Source: Phototrophicaceae bacterium (GTDB taxonomy: Bacteria; Chloroflexota; Anaerolineae; Aggregatilineales; Phototrophicaceae). From it: DNA of 64,000 bases. Made by a program: the position numbers and the translations under genes. Below, piece after piece: positions 34,907 through 44,593 of the stretch (positions within the stretch are counted from its first letter, which is position 1; each line of letters starts with the position of its first letter). The notes beneath the pieces are model-generated. The model saw only the letters and a program-made list of their open reading frames with translations, did no database searches and had not been told where the DNA came from. The stretch is taken from assembly GCA_965208235.1 (NCBI GenBank), contig OZ242327.1, positions 780,526 to 844,525 on the forward strand. The letters are read 5' to 3'.

Positions 34907-36266
34907 GCTAATTGCAAACGAACATGCCGAACGAGCCTATTTGGTTGGAATCGAGGTGCAGCAGGAGTCTGCGCCTTTTTCAGTAGCTGATTCCTTAAGT
35001 GAGCTTGCGCTCCTCGCCGAAACCGCCGGTCTTGAGGTCGTCGGGCAAACCTTTCAGCGCCTGCGGAAGATCAATGCCAAGACTTTCATCGGATCCGGCA
35101 AGCTTGAGCAAATCATAGACGAGATCTCTTTACTCAATGTTCACGTCATCGTATTCGACGAAGAGCTCTCTCCACGTCACCAGCGCGAACTGGAAAAACA
35201 GTTTGGCGAGACGATTCGGCTGCTGGATCGTTCGGCATTGATTCTGGATATATTTGCGCGGCACGCGCGAACCAGCGAAGGAGCGCTGCAGGTTGAACTG
35301 GCGCAATATGAGTATCGTTTGCCGCGTTTGACGCGGCAGTGGACGCACCTCGCCAGACAGGCCGGGGGCGGAGGCGCGCGTGGCGGCTCTGGCGGCGTCG
35401 GATTGCGCGGTCCAGGCGAAACCCAGCTCGAAGTCGACCGGCGCGAGATTACCCGGAAGATCACCAAACTAAAAGCCGCGCTCGAACAAGTACGCTCGCA
35501 CCGCAGTCTGCATCGAAGTCGGCGCCGGGGCTCCGGGTTGCCATTGGCAGCGCTGGTGGGTTATACCAACGCCGGAAAATCGAGCCTGCTGAATGCCCTG
35601 GCGGGTTCCGACGTCTACGCCGCCGATCAACTTTTTGCGACGCTTGATCCCACGACCAGGCGCATTGCTTTGCCTAATCACTCGGACGTCCTGCTAACCG
35701 ATACCGTCGGCTTTATCCAGAAGCTGCCTACCACGCTGATTGCCGCCTTCCGCGCGACTCTTGAAGAGGTCGTTGAAGCTGATCTGCTCTTGCACATTGT
35801 TGACGTTAGTCATCCAAACGCCTTGCAACATATTGACGCGGTGGAAGATACATTGGCGGAAATTGATGCCGCCGGCATGCCCCGGCTCTTGGTATTGAAC
35901 AAGATTGACCTGCTGGACGGACCGCTTCCACAGTTGCCGCTCGTCGACAATTATCGCAGCGTCGTCGCTACCTCCGCCCTGGACAGCAGTGGTATTGCCG
36001 ACTTGCTGGCTACTATGCGAGACGTCTTGGCCGAGCGGGATACAACGCTTGAGGTGCTGCTCCCCTATCACGCTGGGAGCGAGTATTCAAAACTGTACGA
36101 GCGCGGATATATTCGCCGTCAGTCTACGAAAGAGAATGGTTGGCTCTTGACTCTGTCCATGCCCAAGCAAGTCAGCAGCTACTATCTGAAGTTTGCTATC
36201 GACAGCACGGAGTCAACTGAAACAAGCCGTCCTTATGCTTGTCAGGCTGGCAACTGCGCCCAATAG
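34893..36266 (+). CDS. hflX: GTPase HflX
   Basis: HflX N-domain (ERAYLVGIE...LSELALLAETAGLEVVG). G1 GYTNAGKSSLLNAL, G3 DTVGFI, G4 NKIDL. Overlaps trmFO by 14 nt. Confidence 0.9.
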   Translation: MSKPELIANEHAERAYLVGIEVQQESAPFSVADSLSELALLAETAGLEVVGQTFQRLRKINAKTFIGSGKLEQIIDEISLLNVHVIVFDEELSPRHQRELEKQFGETIRLLDRSALILDIFARHARTSEGALQVELAQYEYRLPRLTRQWTHLARQAGGGGARGGSGGVGLRGPGETQLEVDRREITRKITKLKAALEQVRSHRSLHRSRRRGSGLPLAALVGYTNAGKSSLLNALAGSDVYAADQLFATLDPTTRRIALPNHSDVLLTDTVGFIQKLPTTLIAAFRATLEEVVEADLLLHIVDVSHPNALQHIDAVEDTLAEIDAAGMPRLLVLNKIDLLDGPLPQLPLVDNYRSVVATSALDSSGIADLLATMRDVLAERDTTLEVLLPYHAGSEYSKLYERGYIRRQSTKENGWLLTLSMPKQVSSYYLKFAIDSTESTETSRPYACQAGNCAQ

Positions 36267-37207
36267 ACTTCCGGGCGGAAGCGGCTGTGCAAGAACAGCC
36301 GCAGGTCAGGTGAGAGCGCCAGTGATACAGGCGCCGGTATATCCGAGAAGACAAGCATTTCTGTCTCGTCCCCGCTACAGCCATCCTCCAGACAATGATC
36401 GGGATCGACGCGCCCAACAACGGCGCGCGTGCCCAGCGCGTAACCGAAATACAGTAGCCCGTCACCACCGAGGATGATGTTAGTTGTGTTTTGCAAGCCC
36501 TTCACCAAGGGTTTCGGCCCGGAGATCGCGCCATTTTCTTCTACCTGCATCCACTCTATCCCGCGACGCGCGCTGCCGCCGTTTGCGAAATAGATCCGGG
36601 ACCCGTCGATGGCGATGCCGGTTGGCGCCCGTAGCCCTGAGGCGATGATAATCGCTTCACCCGCCTCGCTTACTTGAAAAATGGCGTTTGCCTTGGTGTC
36701 AGACACCAGAAGCGAGTCCTCGTCAATACGAGCTATACCCCAAGGCGCTGCAAGTTGGTCGAACACGCTTTCTGGAGCAAGCCGATCTTGGTTGACCTTC
36801 CACAGCGTCTCACTTTCGGGATCCGGAACCCACAGGTCGAAGCCCTCATTAGTGCTCTCCATGAGCATGCTGTGGCCATTCTTGACGCCAAACACGTATG
36901 TGATGGTATCGCCAGTCCGATCATCAATCTGGTAAATCGTCCAGTCTCCATTGCAGACGGTGTAGAGGTGATCCTCAAACCAGACCATGGCATTGGGTCG
37001 CTGCACGTTGCCCACCAGCAATTGCAGATCATCCTGCAAAAGCGGAGTCGCCAGCGCGACAACGCCGCTCTCATCCGCATCATCCATGCCCGGCACAGCA
37101 GTTTCGACGGTTGATGCCTCTGCATCCTTTGAATCCGAAGGCGCGCTATCTTGGGCGCTGGCGACAGTGGCAATCACTGCCAAGAACGTGAGTATAGCGA
37201 GCTTCAT
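36242..37207 (-). CDS. Secreted beta-propeller-like protein (NHL/SMP-30-like; family uncertain)
   Basis: The ATG at 37207 is preceded by GGAG and gives signal MKLAILTFLAVIATVASAQD. Blade-like repeats are present (PWGIARIDEDSLLVSD, APTGIAIDGSRIYFAN, GGDGLLYFGY). Its 3' end overlaps the hflX 3' end by 25 nt. Confidence 0.5.
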   Translation of the reverse strand: MKLAILTFLAVIATVASAQDSAPSDSKDAEASTVETAVPGMDDADESGVVALATPLLQDDLQLLVGNVQRPNAMVWFEDHLYTVCNGDWTIYQIDDRTGDTITYVFGVKNGHSMLMESTNEGFDLWVPDPESETLWKVNQDRLAPESVFDQLAAPWGIARIDEDSLLVSDTKANAIFQVSEAGEAIIIASGLRAPTGIAIDGSRIYFANGGSARRGIEWMQVEENGAISGPKPLVKGLQNTTNIILGGDGLLYFGYALGTRAVVGRVDPDHCLEDGCSGDETEMLVFSDIPAPVSLALSPDLRLFLHSRFRPEVYWAQLPA

Positions 37208-37539
37208 TGACACTCCAGCCGATTAGTTCCAGAAACAGTGAGAGCAGAACGATTGCGCGCTTGAGCTGTTATGCAAACCGCGTCGCTCAGCCGACGAGAA
37301 GGCTTATTATTTTGCCCTCGTTCGGATGACTGCGCCTTATTCTACTACACGCGCTGCCCGGCAACTAGCTCGCAGCCGCAGCCTGGAAATACGCTAGCGC
37401 CGCGTTCCCGCCACTGTTCAGGCGCTGCGCTATAATAGTCTCGCCGGCCAGTTGGCGAGGTCAATCTGGGCGGCCTCGGCGGAGACGCCAGGCATTTGCA
37501 GGTTATTTGCAGAACATTGAAACGGGGAAGCAAGCACAA

Positions 37540-38595
37540 ATGCGCAAGCGGGCAAGCCGTTCCAAGGAATACGAGGTGGAGTGCATTCCCGGTTTGGAGG
37601 CCTTCGCAATGGACGAACTTAATTCCTGTGACGCTCGCAGCTTGGAGACCCTTAGACCGGGATTCTTCCGCTTTCGCTTTTCCGGGGACTCTCGACCGCT
37701 CTTAACGCTTCGATCAGCAATTGCGGTCTACGGCGTGCATCGCTTCGAGGTCCCGCGCCCTAAAGCATTGTTGGGCCATCAGCATCTCACGCGATTGATC
37801 GGTATCTTGCGGGCAGTCATGCGCGACTGGACTTTGCAAAATCCCAGACTGGGTCTTGGCGCCGCAGGAGCGAACTCGCAGGTGATAATGCGTCTGAAGG
37901 AAGAATTGGCCAGGTTGCTCGATGTTGAATTGGCGGAGGAAAACAAAGGCGAACTCTATCTGCGCCTGGCAAGGCCAATTGATCGGTCGGCTTGGGAAGT
38001 TCTCGTTCGCCTCGGATCGCGTCCGCTGTCGAAGCGCGATTGGCGGATAATCAATGTGCCCGGCGCGCTGAACGCGACAGTCGCTTACGCCATGACCCAG
38101 ATCCAATCACGAGACGCGCAGGATAGAGTCCTTAACTTGTGCTGCGGTTCGGGAACCATTCTCGTGGAACATGCCCATAACAAAACCTCGGATCAATTGC
38201 TCGCGGTCGATAACAGCGCCAACATGCTAAGCGCGGCCGAGCGCAATCTGCGCGCATCCGACACGAAGCATCGTGTGATTCTATTGCATGCTGACGCGGG
38301 GCGCACACCTCTGCCTTCACGCGCTATTGATCGTATCTACGCTGATTTGCCCTTTGGCGGACAGGTCGGTTCACATGCCGACAATCTCCGGCTGTATCCA
38401 GCTTTGCTGCGAGAAGCCTACCGGGTTTCCAAGCCGGACGCAGTACTGATTCTACTGACACATGAGGTTAATTTACTTCGCAACTGTATCGCCCAATCCA
38501 ACTGGCGAACGATTTCGGAAACCAAGATAACTCTCAGCGGCTTGCACCCACGGTTATTTGTCCTCAAAGGAAAATCGACTACGATATATATGTAA
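37540..38595 (+). CDS. THUMP-domain SAM-dependent (RNA) methyltransferase
   Basis: The ATG at 37540 gives MRKRASRSKEYEVECIPGLEAFAMDEL. The track ORF starts at TTG 37507. SAM motif I VLNLCCGSGTILVEHA and motif IV YADLPFGG. Confidence 0.7.
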   Translation: MRKRASRSKEYEVECIPGLEAFAMDELNSCDARSLETLRPGFFRFRFSGDSRPLLTLRSAIAVYGVHRFEVPRPKALLGHQHLTRLIGILRAVMRDWTLQNPRLGLGAAGANSQVIMRLKEELARLLDVELAEENKGELYLRLARPIDRSAWEVLVRLGSRPLSKRDWRIINVPGALNATVAYAMTQIQSRDAQDRVLNLCCGSGTILVEHAHNKTSDQLLAVDNSANMLSAAERNLRASDTKHRVILLHADAGRTPLPSRAIDRIYADLPFGGQVGSHADNLRLYPALLREAYRVSKPDAVLILLTHEVNLLRNCIAQSNWRTISETKITLSGLHPRLFVLKGKSTTIYM

Positions 38596-38625
38596 TTATC
38601 AAAGGACTCCAAGAGGACCGGAATC

Positions 38626-40218
38626 TTGATCCGCTCTTGCTCGTTGGCCTTCATCTTGCTTGTCCTGGTCTCGTGTCGAGCGCCAGTTGAAGAAGTAACG
38701 GTGAACGTTTCCTTGCTTGCTGATGGCAAAACGCAGACCTTTACTTACGCTTCTCGGGTATCTGTCGAAGAGCTGCTGGCGAACGCCAAAATCGTTCTGG
38801 GTGAACTGGATCGAGTCAGTCATCCTCTAAACCTGCAACTCGCGGACGGAATGCATGTCACCGTGCGCCGAGTGCGGGAAGAGCAAGCCTGCCAGCGCGA
38901 AAGCCTGCCCTTCCAGCGTCAGCGGATTCCATACGAGGGCATCGCCCCCGGGCAAGAAAGATTGAGCCAGGTCGGGAGGACCGGCCTGCAGGAAGCCTGC
39001 TACCGCGTCCTTGTTGAAGACGATGTCGAGTCCAGCCGGAGCCTGATTGGGCAAGCGACTATCCTCACCGAACCACGGGACGAAATCGTGCTTGTAGGTC
39101 CCTCGCGTTCGGTCGAACCGTTCGCGCTTGCGGGAAGGCTAAGCTACATTAACAACGGGACTGCCTGGAGCATTCATGGCAACACCGTGAATAAGAGCGC
39201 CTTGCGCAATAGCGAGAATCTGGACTCGTTGGTATTTGCTGCCAGCCCTGACGGATCGGTTCTGCTTTACACCGTGGCGAGCAGCGCAACAGACAAGTTT
39301 TTTAACGAACTCTGGATGGTATCCCTTGATGACGACGACGAGCCCGTCAAGTTAGCGCCAACCGACGTCCTCTTTGCGGAATGGCGGCCAAGATCCAGCA
39401 ATACAATTGCCTATTCGACCGGCGAACGAGGCCAGGGACGGGCGCCGTGGAAATCTCTTAACAACTTATGGCTTATGCAGATCGACCGTCAAACGGGTCG
39501 TACGCTTTCCATCCAGGAGATCATTGGGGAAGATGCAGGAGGACCATTTGGATGGTGGGGGACCAACTTTGCCTGGGCGCCGCGCGGGGACAAGCTCGCC
39601 TGGGTCAAAGCCGACAGTGTGGGAGTGGTTGAGATTGAAGGCAAACAAGTTCATACTTTGCTTGAATATCCGGAGTTTAACACCTCCGGATCTTGGGTCT
39701 GGCTCTCGCAGGTGTCTTGGTCCCCCGGCGGGGACTTTATTTCCGCCACAGCGCATGGCGGCCCGCTGGCCAGCGAACCCGCCACGACCAGTCCGGTATT
39801 TGATCTCGCGATTCTTGACGCCAATGGCGGATTTAAGGCGACAATGAGACGGGCTGTCGGGATGTGGGCGGCTTCGAATTTTTCACCGCGCATTGACTTG
39901 CCGGGCGCCGAAGGCTCTGAAGGCTATCTGGCCTGGTTGCAGGCGCGCGAACCCTACAATAGCATCTACAGCGAGTACGACCTCGTTGTCGCGGATCGCG
40001 ACGGCAGCAACCAGAAAGTAATCTTTCCCGACGCCGATCAACCCGGCATTCGCAAAAGCGACTTCGGTCTGACCGCCACCGACATGAGCTGGAGTCCGGA
40101 TTCGCGTCACATCGCTGTCGTATACCTGGGGGACATTTGGTTGGTCGACATAGAATCAGGCGAAAGCCGCCAGATAAGTTTTGACGGTGGCGCAAGCAAC
40201 CCGATTTGGACGCGATAA
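38626..40218 (+). CDS. Lipoprotein with DUF348-like and G5 domains followed by a PD40/TolB-like beta-propeller
   Basis: TTG start. Signal MIRSCSLAFILLVLVSC. G5-like ESLPFQRQRIPYEGIAPGQERLSQVGRTGLQEACYRVLVEDDVE...EIVLVG. PD40-like repeats (AWAPRGDKLAWV, SWSPGGDFISAT, SWSPDSRHIAVVY). Confidence 0.6.
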   Translation: MIRSCSLAFILLVLVSCRAPVEEVTVNVSLLADGKTQTFTYASRVSVEELLANAKIVLGELDRVSHPLNLQLADGMHVTVRRVREEQACQRESLPFQRQRIPYEGIAPGQERLSQVGRTGLQEACYRVLVEDDVESSRSLIGQATILTEPRDEIVLVGPSRSVEPFALAGRLSYINNGTAWSIHGNTVNKSALRNSENLDSLVFAASPDGSVLLYTVASSATDKFFNELWMVSLDDDDEPVKLAPTDVLFAEWRPRSSNTIAYSTGERGQGRAPWKSLNNLWLMQIDRQTGRTLSIQEIIGEDAGGPFGWWGTNFAWAPRGDKLAWVKADSVGVVEIEGKQVHTLLEYPEFNTSGSWVWLSQVSWSPGGDFISATAHGGPLASEPATTSPVFDLAILDANGGFKATMRRAVGMWAASNFSPRIDLPGAEGSEGYLAWLQAREPYNSIYSEYDLVVADRDGSNQKVIFPDADQPGIRKSDFGLTATDMSWSPDSRHIAVVYLGDIWLVDIESGESRQISFDGGASNPIWTR

Positions 40219-43200
40219 TGCGACAGTTGATACTGGTCCTTATCAGTTTGCTGCTGCTTTCGGGCAGCTTGATAGCCACACTCGGCACCATTCATTTTCG
40301 GGATTTCGAGTTGCGCGGCTATGTTGATCCAACGGTGGATCAGAATCTCCCCTTCCTGACGCCTCGGCCTGGCGTAAATGTTGACTTGCGTCAGTATGAG
40401 CTTGACAGCCTGCACGCAAATCTCGCCCTTATCAGCGAAACGGGTTTTGTATGGCTGCGACAATTCGTCTATTGGGATGAAATTGAGCCTAGCAAAGACC
40501 AGTACGATTGGGCGCAGTGGGACGAGATCTTTACTGTTCTGCGCGAGTACCCGCGTTTGGAACCTGTAGTCGTGCTCATGCACTCCCCCCAATGGGCGCG
40601 CGTATCGCCGCCGGGGATAGAGGCGACGGAGACGGCGCCGCCCCAGTCCCTTGATGACTTCGCGCGCTTTGCGGGCCGCTTCGCGCGGCGCTATGGCGAA
40701 TCAGTAAATTATTATCAGATTTGGGACGAGCCGAATCTCGATGACGCTTGGGGATCGCTTCAGCCCAGGCCAGCTGATTATCTGGCTCTGCTCGCCGCTG
40801 GCGGGGGGGCAATCCGCGCCGAGGACCCAAGCGCAAAGATTATCGCAGCGGCTTTGGCCCCGACCACCGAGGCTGGCGGCCAGAATATCAGCGACCTGCT
40901 TTATCTTGACGCGATGTATCAACTTGGCGGGGCGGAGCTGATGGACATCGTGGCTGGAAAGCCTTACGGATTCTCAACATCTCCATTGGATCGTCGCGTT
41001 GATGACAGCATCCTGAACTTTTCCCGGATTGTTGCCCTGCGCGAAGTGATGCTGGCGCATAATGATGGCCGCAAGCCGCTTTGGGCGAGCCATTGGGGCT
41101 GGAACGCATTGCCCGGCGAATGGGCCGGCGCCCCATCCATTTGGGGAAGCGTTACTCCGAACGAGCAGATCATGTATACGCTACAAGCATTCGACCGCGC
41201 CCACCGCGAGTTTCCCTGGCTAGGCGCCATGTTCTTGCACCATTGGCAGCCCAATGCAGAAAACGCCAGCGCCCAGTGGGGCTTCGCGCTGATTGGACCG
41301 GACGATCAGCCGTCACCACTGTTGCATGCAGTGCAGAATTATGATTTTCCCGTGCTGGCGCAGAACGGCCTATTTCATGCGCGCACAGAGCATGCCCGTT
41401 ACAGCGGCGTCTGGCAATTCAGCGAGTTAGGAGCGGACATCGGCTGGCTGGAAACGAGCGACAGTCAGCTCGAATTCGACTTCTACGGTACCGATCTCGC
41501 CATGCTCTTGCGGGAGGATGACTATATAGCCTTCCTGTATCCGACTGTCGACGGCAGCCCAGCAAATGCGACAGCCCATGACTCGGATGGGAACAGCTAT
41601 ATCTTTCTCCGAAGCGACACGCACGGTCCGGAACAGAATCTGGTTCCGGTAGCGCGCGACTTGCCCCTGGGTCAACATACGCTGCGCGCTGTGGCGGATC
41701 GCGGATGGGATCGTTGGGCGGTCGCCGGATACGCCGTCAGTTCAGGCAATTTATCATTCGCCTTCGATCGGCAGATTGCGCTCGGCGCTTTCGCGACGCT
41801 CTTGTCGCTGTTCATCGTATTGTTGACCTTTGCGACCTCGCCATGGCGCCGCTGGATTCCTCCTGTCGGGCTGGTGTTTGCCGGTCTGTCCGCGGCGGCG
41901 CACCTGGCGATTAGCAGCGTCGCGTCCTTGGCACTGCTCTTTGCCATGATCTGGACATGGACAAGTCACAGACCTGCCCTGTTCGTCCGCGACGAGATCA
42001 ATATCCTGATCGCTCTGGCAACTGGCGGCGTCCTTTACCTGTCGCCTTCGTTTTTCTTGACCATTGTTTCGGGGCTGGTTCTATTCGTACTGATCTTCCA
42101 TCGTCTGGAAACGGGCTTGATCTTGACCTTGTTCTGGGCGCCCTTCTTCCTAAGTCCAGTCGAGTTGTACCGGTTTGCTTTTCCAATGGCGGAAATCCTG
42201 ATACTGATCACCTCAATCGCAGCAATCTTTCGATTCTTCGTCTGGCTAGGCGAGCAGTATCAAATGGCAAACAGCAGCTATCCGTTAAAACTTCAGTCGC
42301 TATTTTCGCAGATAAAGTTTATTGACATCGGGGTGGCCGGGATCGCGCTTGTCGCCATCCTATCGCTCAGCTGGGCGCGCCATACCGATGCAGCGGCGAC
42401 AGAACTGCGCACGCTCGTTCTGGAGCCATTGCTCTTCTATGTGATATTCAGAGCCCTGCGTCCATCCAAGCGAACTGTTTTGCATTGCGTCTACGGGCTT
42501 GTCCTTGCTTCCATATTGGTCTGCGTCATCGGACTGTTAAGATACATTTTGGGAAACGATGTCATAGTCGCGGAAGAGGGCGCGCGTCGTCTCATTTCGG
42601 TCTATGGCTCTCCCAACAACGTTGGCCTTTTGCTTGGCCGGTCGCTGCCTTTCGCGCTGGCGCTGCTGCTGGTCGGGCATAGCGCGCGCATGCGTTTAAG
42701 CTGGGCAGCGGCGCTGGTCATCATGGGCATAACCGCGCTCTTGACGCAGAGTGTGGGCGCGATACTTCTCGGAATCCCCATGGGAATTGCCGTAGCGCTG
42801 ATCGGTTACGCTCAACGAAGGGCATTCGTCCCGATCTTGGGCATCGGCGCTGCGCTAGCGGCTGGATTGGCTGTGTTGACGCAGGTTTCGGCGCGTTTTG
42901 CCAATATACTTGACTTCACAAGCGGCACCAGTTTTCTCCGCCTGCGGCTATGGGAAAGCGCCATCGAAATCATTCGCAATCATCCTGTTTTCGGTATCGG
43001 ATTGGATCAGTTCCTATATTATTACAGCGGAGAATATGTTCGGCCGGACGCGATCTGGGATCTGAACCTGTCGCACCCGCACAATTTTTTACTGGATTTT
43101 TGGACGCGCCTGGGTATTGCCGGGCTGATTATCTTTCTGCTCTTGCAGTTTGCATTTTGGCGATACGCCCTTGTCGCCCTGGGCAGACTGAGAAACAAAG

Positions 43201-43409
43201 ACAGAGACGGTTTCGCGATCATGCTGGGTCTGATGGGAAGCATGGCCGCGCTATTGGGTCATGGCTTAATTGACAACAGCGTCTTTGTGATCGACTTGGC
43301 CTTCATATTCATGTTCCAGTTGGCTGCAACCATGCGGCTACGTGAACTGGCGCCAGCTATAGAATCCGTTTCCGATTCCGATCACGAGCGAAGCCAAGTC
43401 ATGCCTTAA
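40218..43409 (+). CDS. Fusion protein: N-terminal clan-A glycoside-hydrolase-like (beta/alpha)8 domain plus C-terminal polytopic O-antigen-ligase/Wzy-like domain
   Basis: The ATG at 40218 overlaps the upstream TAA (TAATG). The track ORF starts at TTG 40206. N-half: YWDEIEP...YYQIWDEPNLDDAWG. C-half: at least 10 TM segments with GSPNNVGLLLGRSLPF and LSHPHNFLLDFWTRLGIAGLI (ligase-family H-N motif). Confidence 0.6.
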   Translation: MRQLILVLISLLLLSGSLIATLGTIHFRDFELRGYVDPTVDQNLPFLTPRPGVNVDLRQYELDSLHANLALISETGFVWLRQFVYWDEIEPSKDQYDWAQWDEIFTVLREYPRLEPVVVLMHSPQWARVSPPGIEATETAPPQSLDDFARFAGRFARRYGESVNYYQIWDEPNLDDAWGSLQPRPADYLALLAAGGGAIRAEDPSAKIIAAALAPTTEAGGQNISDLLYLDAMYQLGGAELMDIVAGKPYGFSTSPLDRRVDDSILNFSRIVALREVMLAHNDGRKPLWASHWGWNALPGEWAGAPSIWGSVTPNEQIMYTLQAFDRAHREFPWLGAMFLHHWQPNAENASAQWGFALIGPDDQPSPLLHAVQNYDFPVLAQNGLFHARTEHARYSGVWQFSELGADIGWLETSDSQLEFDFYGTDLAMLLREDDYIAFLYPTVDGSPANATAHDSDGNSYIFLRSDTHGPEQNLVPVARDLPLGQHTLRAVADRGWDRWAVAGYAVSSGNLSFAFDRQIALGAFATLLSLFIVLLTFATSPWRRWIPPVGLVFAGLSAAAHLAISSVASLALLFAMIWTWTSHRPALFVRDEINILIALATGGVLYLSPSFFLTIVSGLVLFVLIFHRLETGLILTLFWAPFFLSPVELYRFAFPMAEILILITSIAAIFRFFVWLGEQYQMANSSYPLKLQSLFSQIKFIDIGVAGIALVAILSLSWARHTDAAATELRTLVLEPLLFYVIFRALRPSKRTVLHCVYGLVLASILVCVIGLLRYILGNDVIVAEEGARRLISVYGSPNNVGLLLGRSLPFALALLLVGHSARMRLSWAAALVIMGITALLTQSVGAILLGIPMGIAVALIGYAQRRAFVPILGIGAALAAGLAVLTQVSARFANILDFTSGTSFLRLRLWESAIEIIRNHPVFGIGLDQFLYYYSGEYVRPDAIWDLNLSHPHNFLLDFWTRLGIAGLIIFLLLQFAFWRYALVALGRLRNKDRDGFAIMLGLMGSMAALLGHGLIDNSVFVIDLAFIFMFQLAATMRLRELAPAIESVSDSDHERSQVMP

Positions 43410-43456
43410 GTTTGCCATTTGTGGGTAGCGTATCCATTGCGGTTGAAAGAAAAAGC

Positions 43457-43550
43457 TTAACCGCCTAGGGCGCCGAGAATTGCTTGCGAAATAGTCCTAT
43501 TCTTTGTGTCCTTCGTGCCTTGACGGTCAGTGTCTACGCGACCTGTGGTG
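43457..43550. repeat. Interspersed palindromic repeat element, copy C
   Basis: CTTAACCGCCTAGGGCGCCGAGAA (arm), a central segment, then CTTTGTGTCCTTCGTGCCTTGACGGTCAGTGTCTACGCGACCTGTGGTG (43502-43550). Nearly identical to copy D. Confidence 0.8.
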
Positions 43551-43602
43551 AAACTGAATATGGCTCATTTGAATTTCAACCGAATTCGATACATTATCAT
43601 CT

Positions 43603-44592
43603 GTGGTACACTTTGCTCAGCCAATCAAATCGAGGTATCAAGACTTGCGTGTACTGATAACAGGCGGCGCCGGGTTCATAGGATCGCATTTGTGCGATCG
43701 ATTCTTGGGCGATGGTCATCGTGTGGTAGCGGTTGACAATCTCATCACGGGCACCCAGGACAACATCTCGCACCTGGCTGGCAATCGTCATTTCGAATTT
43801 GTGTATCACGATGTCAGCAACTTCATCCACCTTCCCGGTCAGATCGACGCCGTTTTGCATTTTGCCTCCCCTGCCAGCCCGATTGACTATCTCAAGTATC
43901 CGATACAGACCTTGAAAGTCGGCGCGCTGGGCACGCACAACGCGCTAGGTTTGGCCCGGGCGAAGCGCGCGCGCTTTTTGCTCGCGTCTACATCTGAGGT
44001 CTACGGCGATCCTCAGGTGCATCCACAGAGTGAGGACTATGCTGGCAATGTTGACCCGGTTGGTCCGCGTGGCGTATACGACGAAGCAAAACGTTATGCG
44101 GAAGCGCTGGTGATGGCTTATCATCGTCAACACGGTATGGACACCCGCATCGTACGCATATTCAACACCTACGGGCCGCGAATGCGCCTTGACGATGGGC
44201 GGGTCGTACCCAATTTTGTTGGCCAGGCGATCCGCGGCGAGGCGCTGACGGTCTATGGCGACGGCAGTCAAACGCGATGCTTTCAATACATTGACGACCT
44301 GGTGGAGGGCGTTGTGCGTTTGCTTGGCAGCGATTTCGTCGAGCCAGTCAATATCGGCACGACTCGCGAAGTGAGCATCCTTGATTTTGCGAATGTAGTC
44401 AATCGCGTCTCGGCCAACCCTGCTGGCATTGTCTTTGACGACAGACTTCGGATTGATGGCGATCCTCAGACGCGCAAACCGGATGCGAGCCGCGCGCATA
44501 ATCTGCTCGATTGGCGGCCGCAGGTGGCGCTGGAAGACGGCCTCGCGCGCACAATCGCCTATTTTCGTCAAGTTATCGCCGCCACCTCTTGA
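43603..44592 (+). CDS. UDP-glucuronate decarboxylase (UDP-xylose synthase), SDR family
   Basis: [18 protein letters not shown] (Rossmann), ASTSEVYG and [12 protein letters not shown] (YxxxK). The start is uncertain: GTG 43603 (maximal ORF), or TTG 43645 (MRVLITGG...) with GAGG 8 nt upstream. Confidence 0.85.
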   Translation: MVHFAQPIKSRYQDLRVLITGGAGFIGSHLCDRFLGDGHRVVAVDNLITGTQDNISHLAGNRHFEFVYHDVSNFIHLPGQIDAVLHFASPASPIDYLKYPIQTLKVGALGTHNALGLARAKRARFLLASTSEVYGDPQVHPQSEDYAGNVDPVGPRGVYDEAKRYAEALVMAYHRQHGMDTRIVRIFNTYGPRMRLDDGRVVPNFVGQAIRGEALTVYGDGSQTRCFQYIDDLVEGVVRLLGSDFVEPVNIGTTREVSILDFANVVNRVSANPAGIVFDDRLRIDGDPQTRKPDASRAHNLLDWRPQVALEDGLARTIAYFRQVIAATS

Positions 44593-44593
44593 G

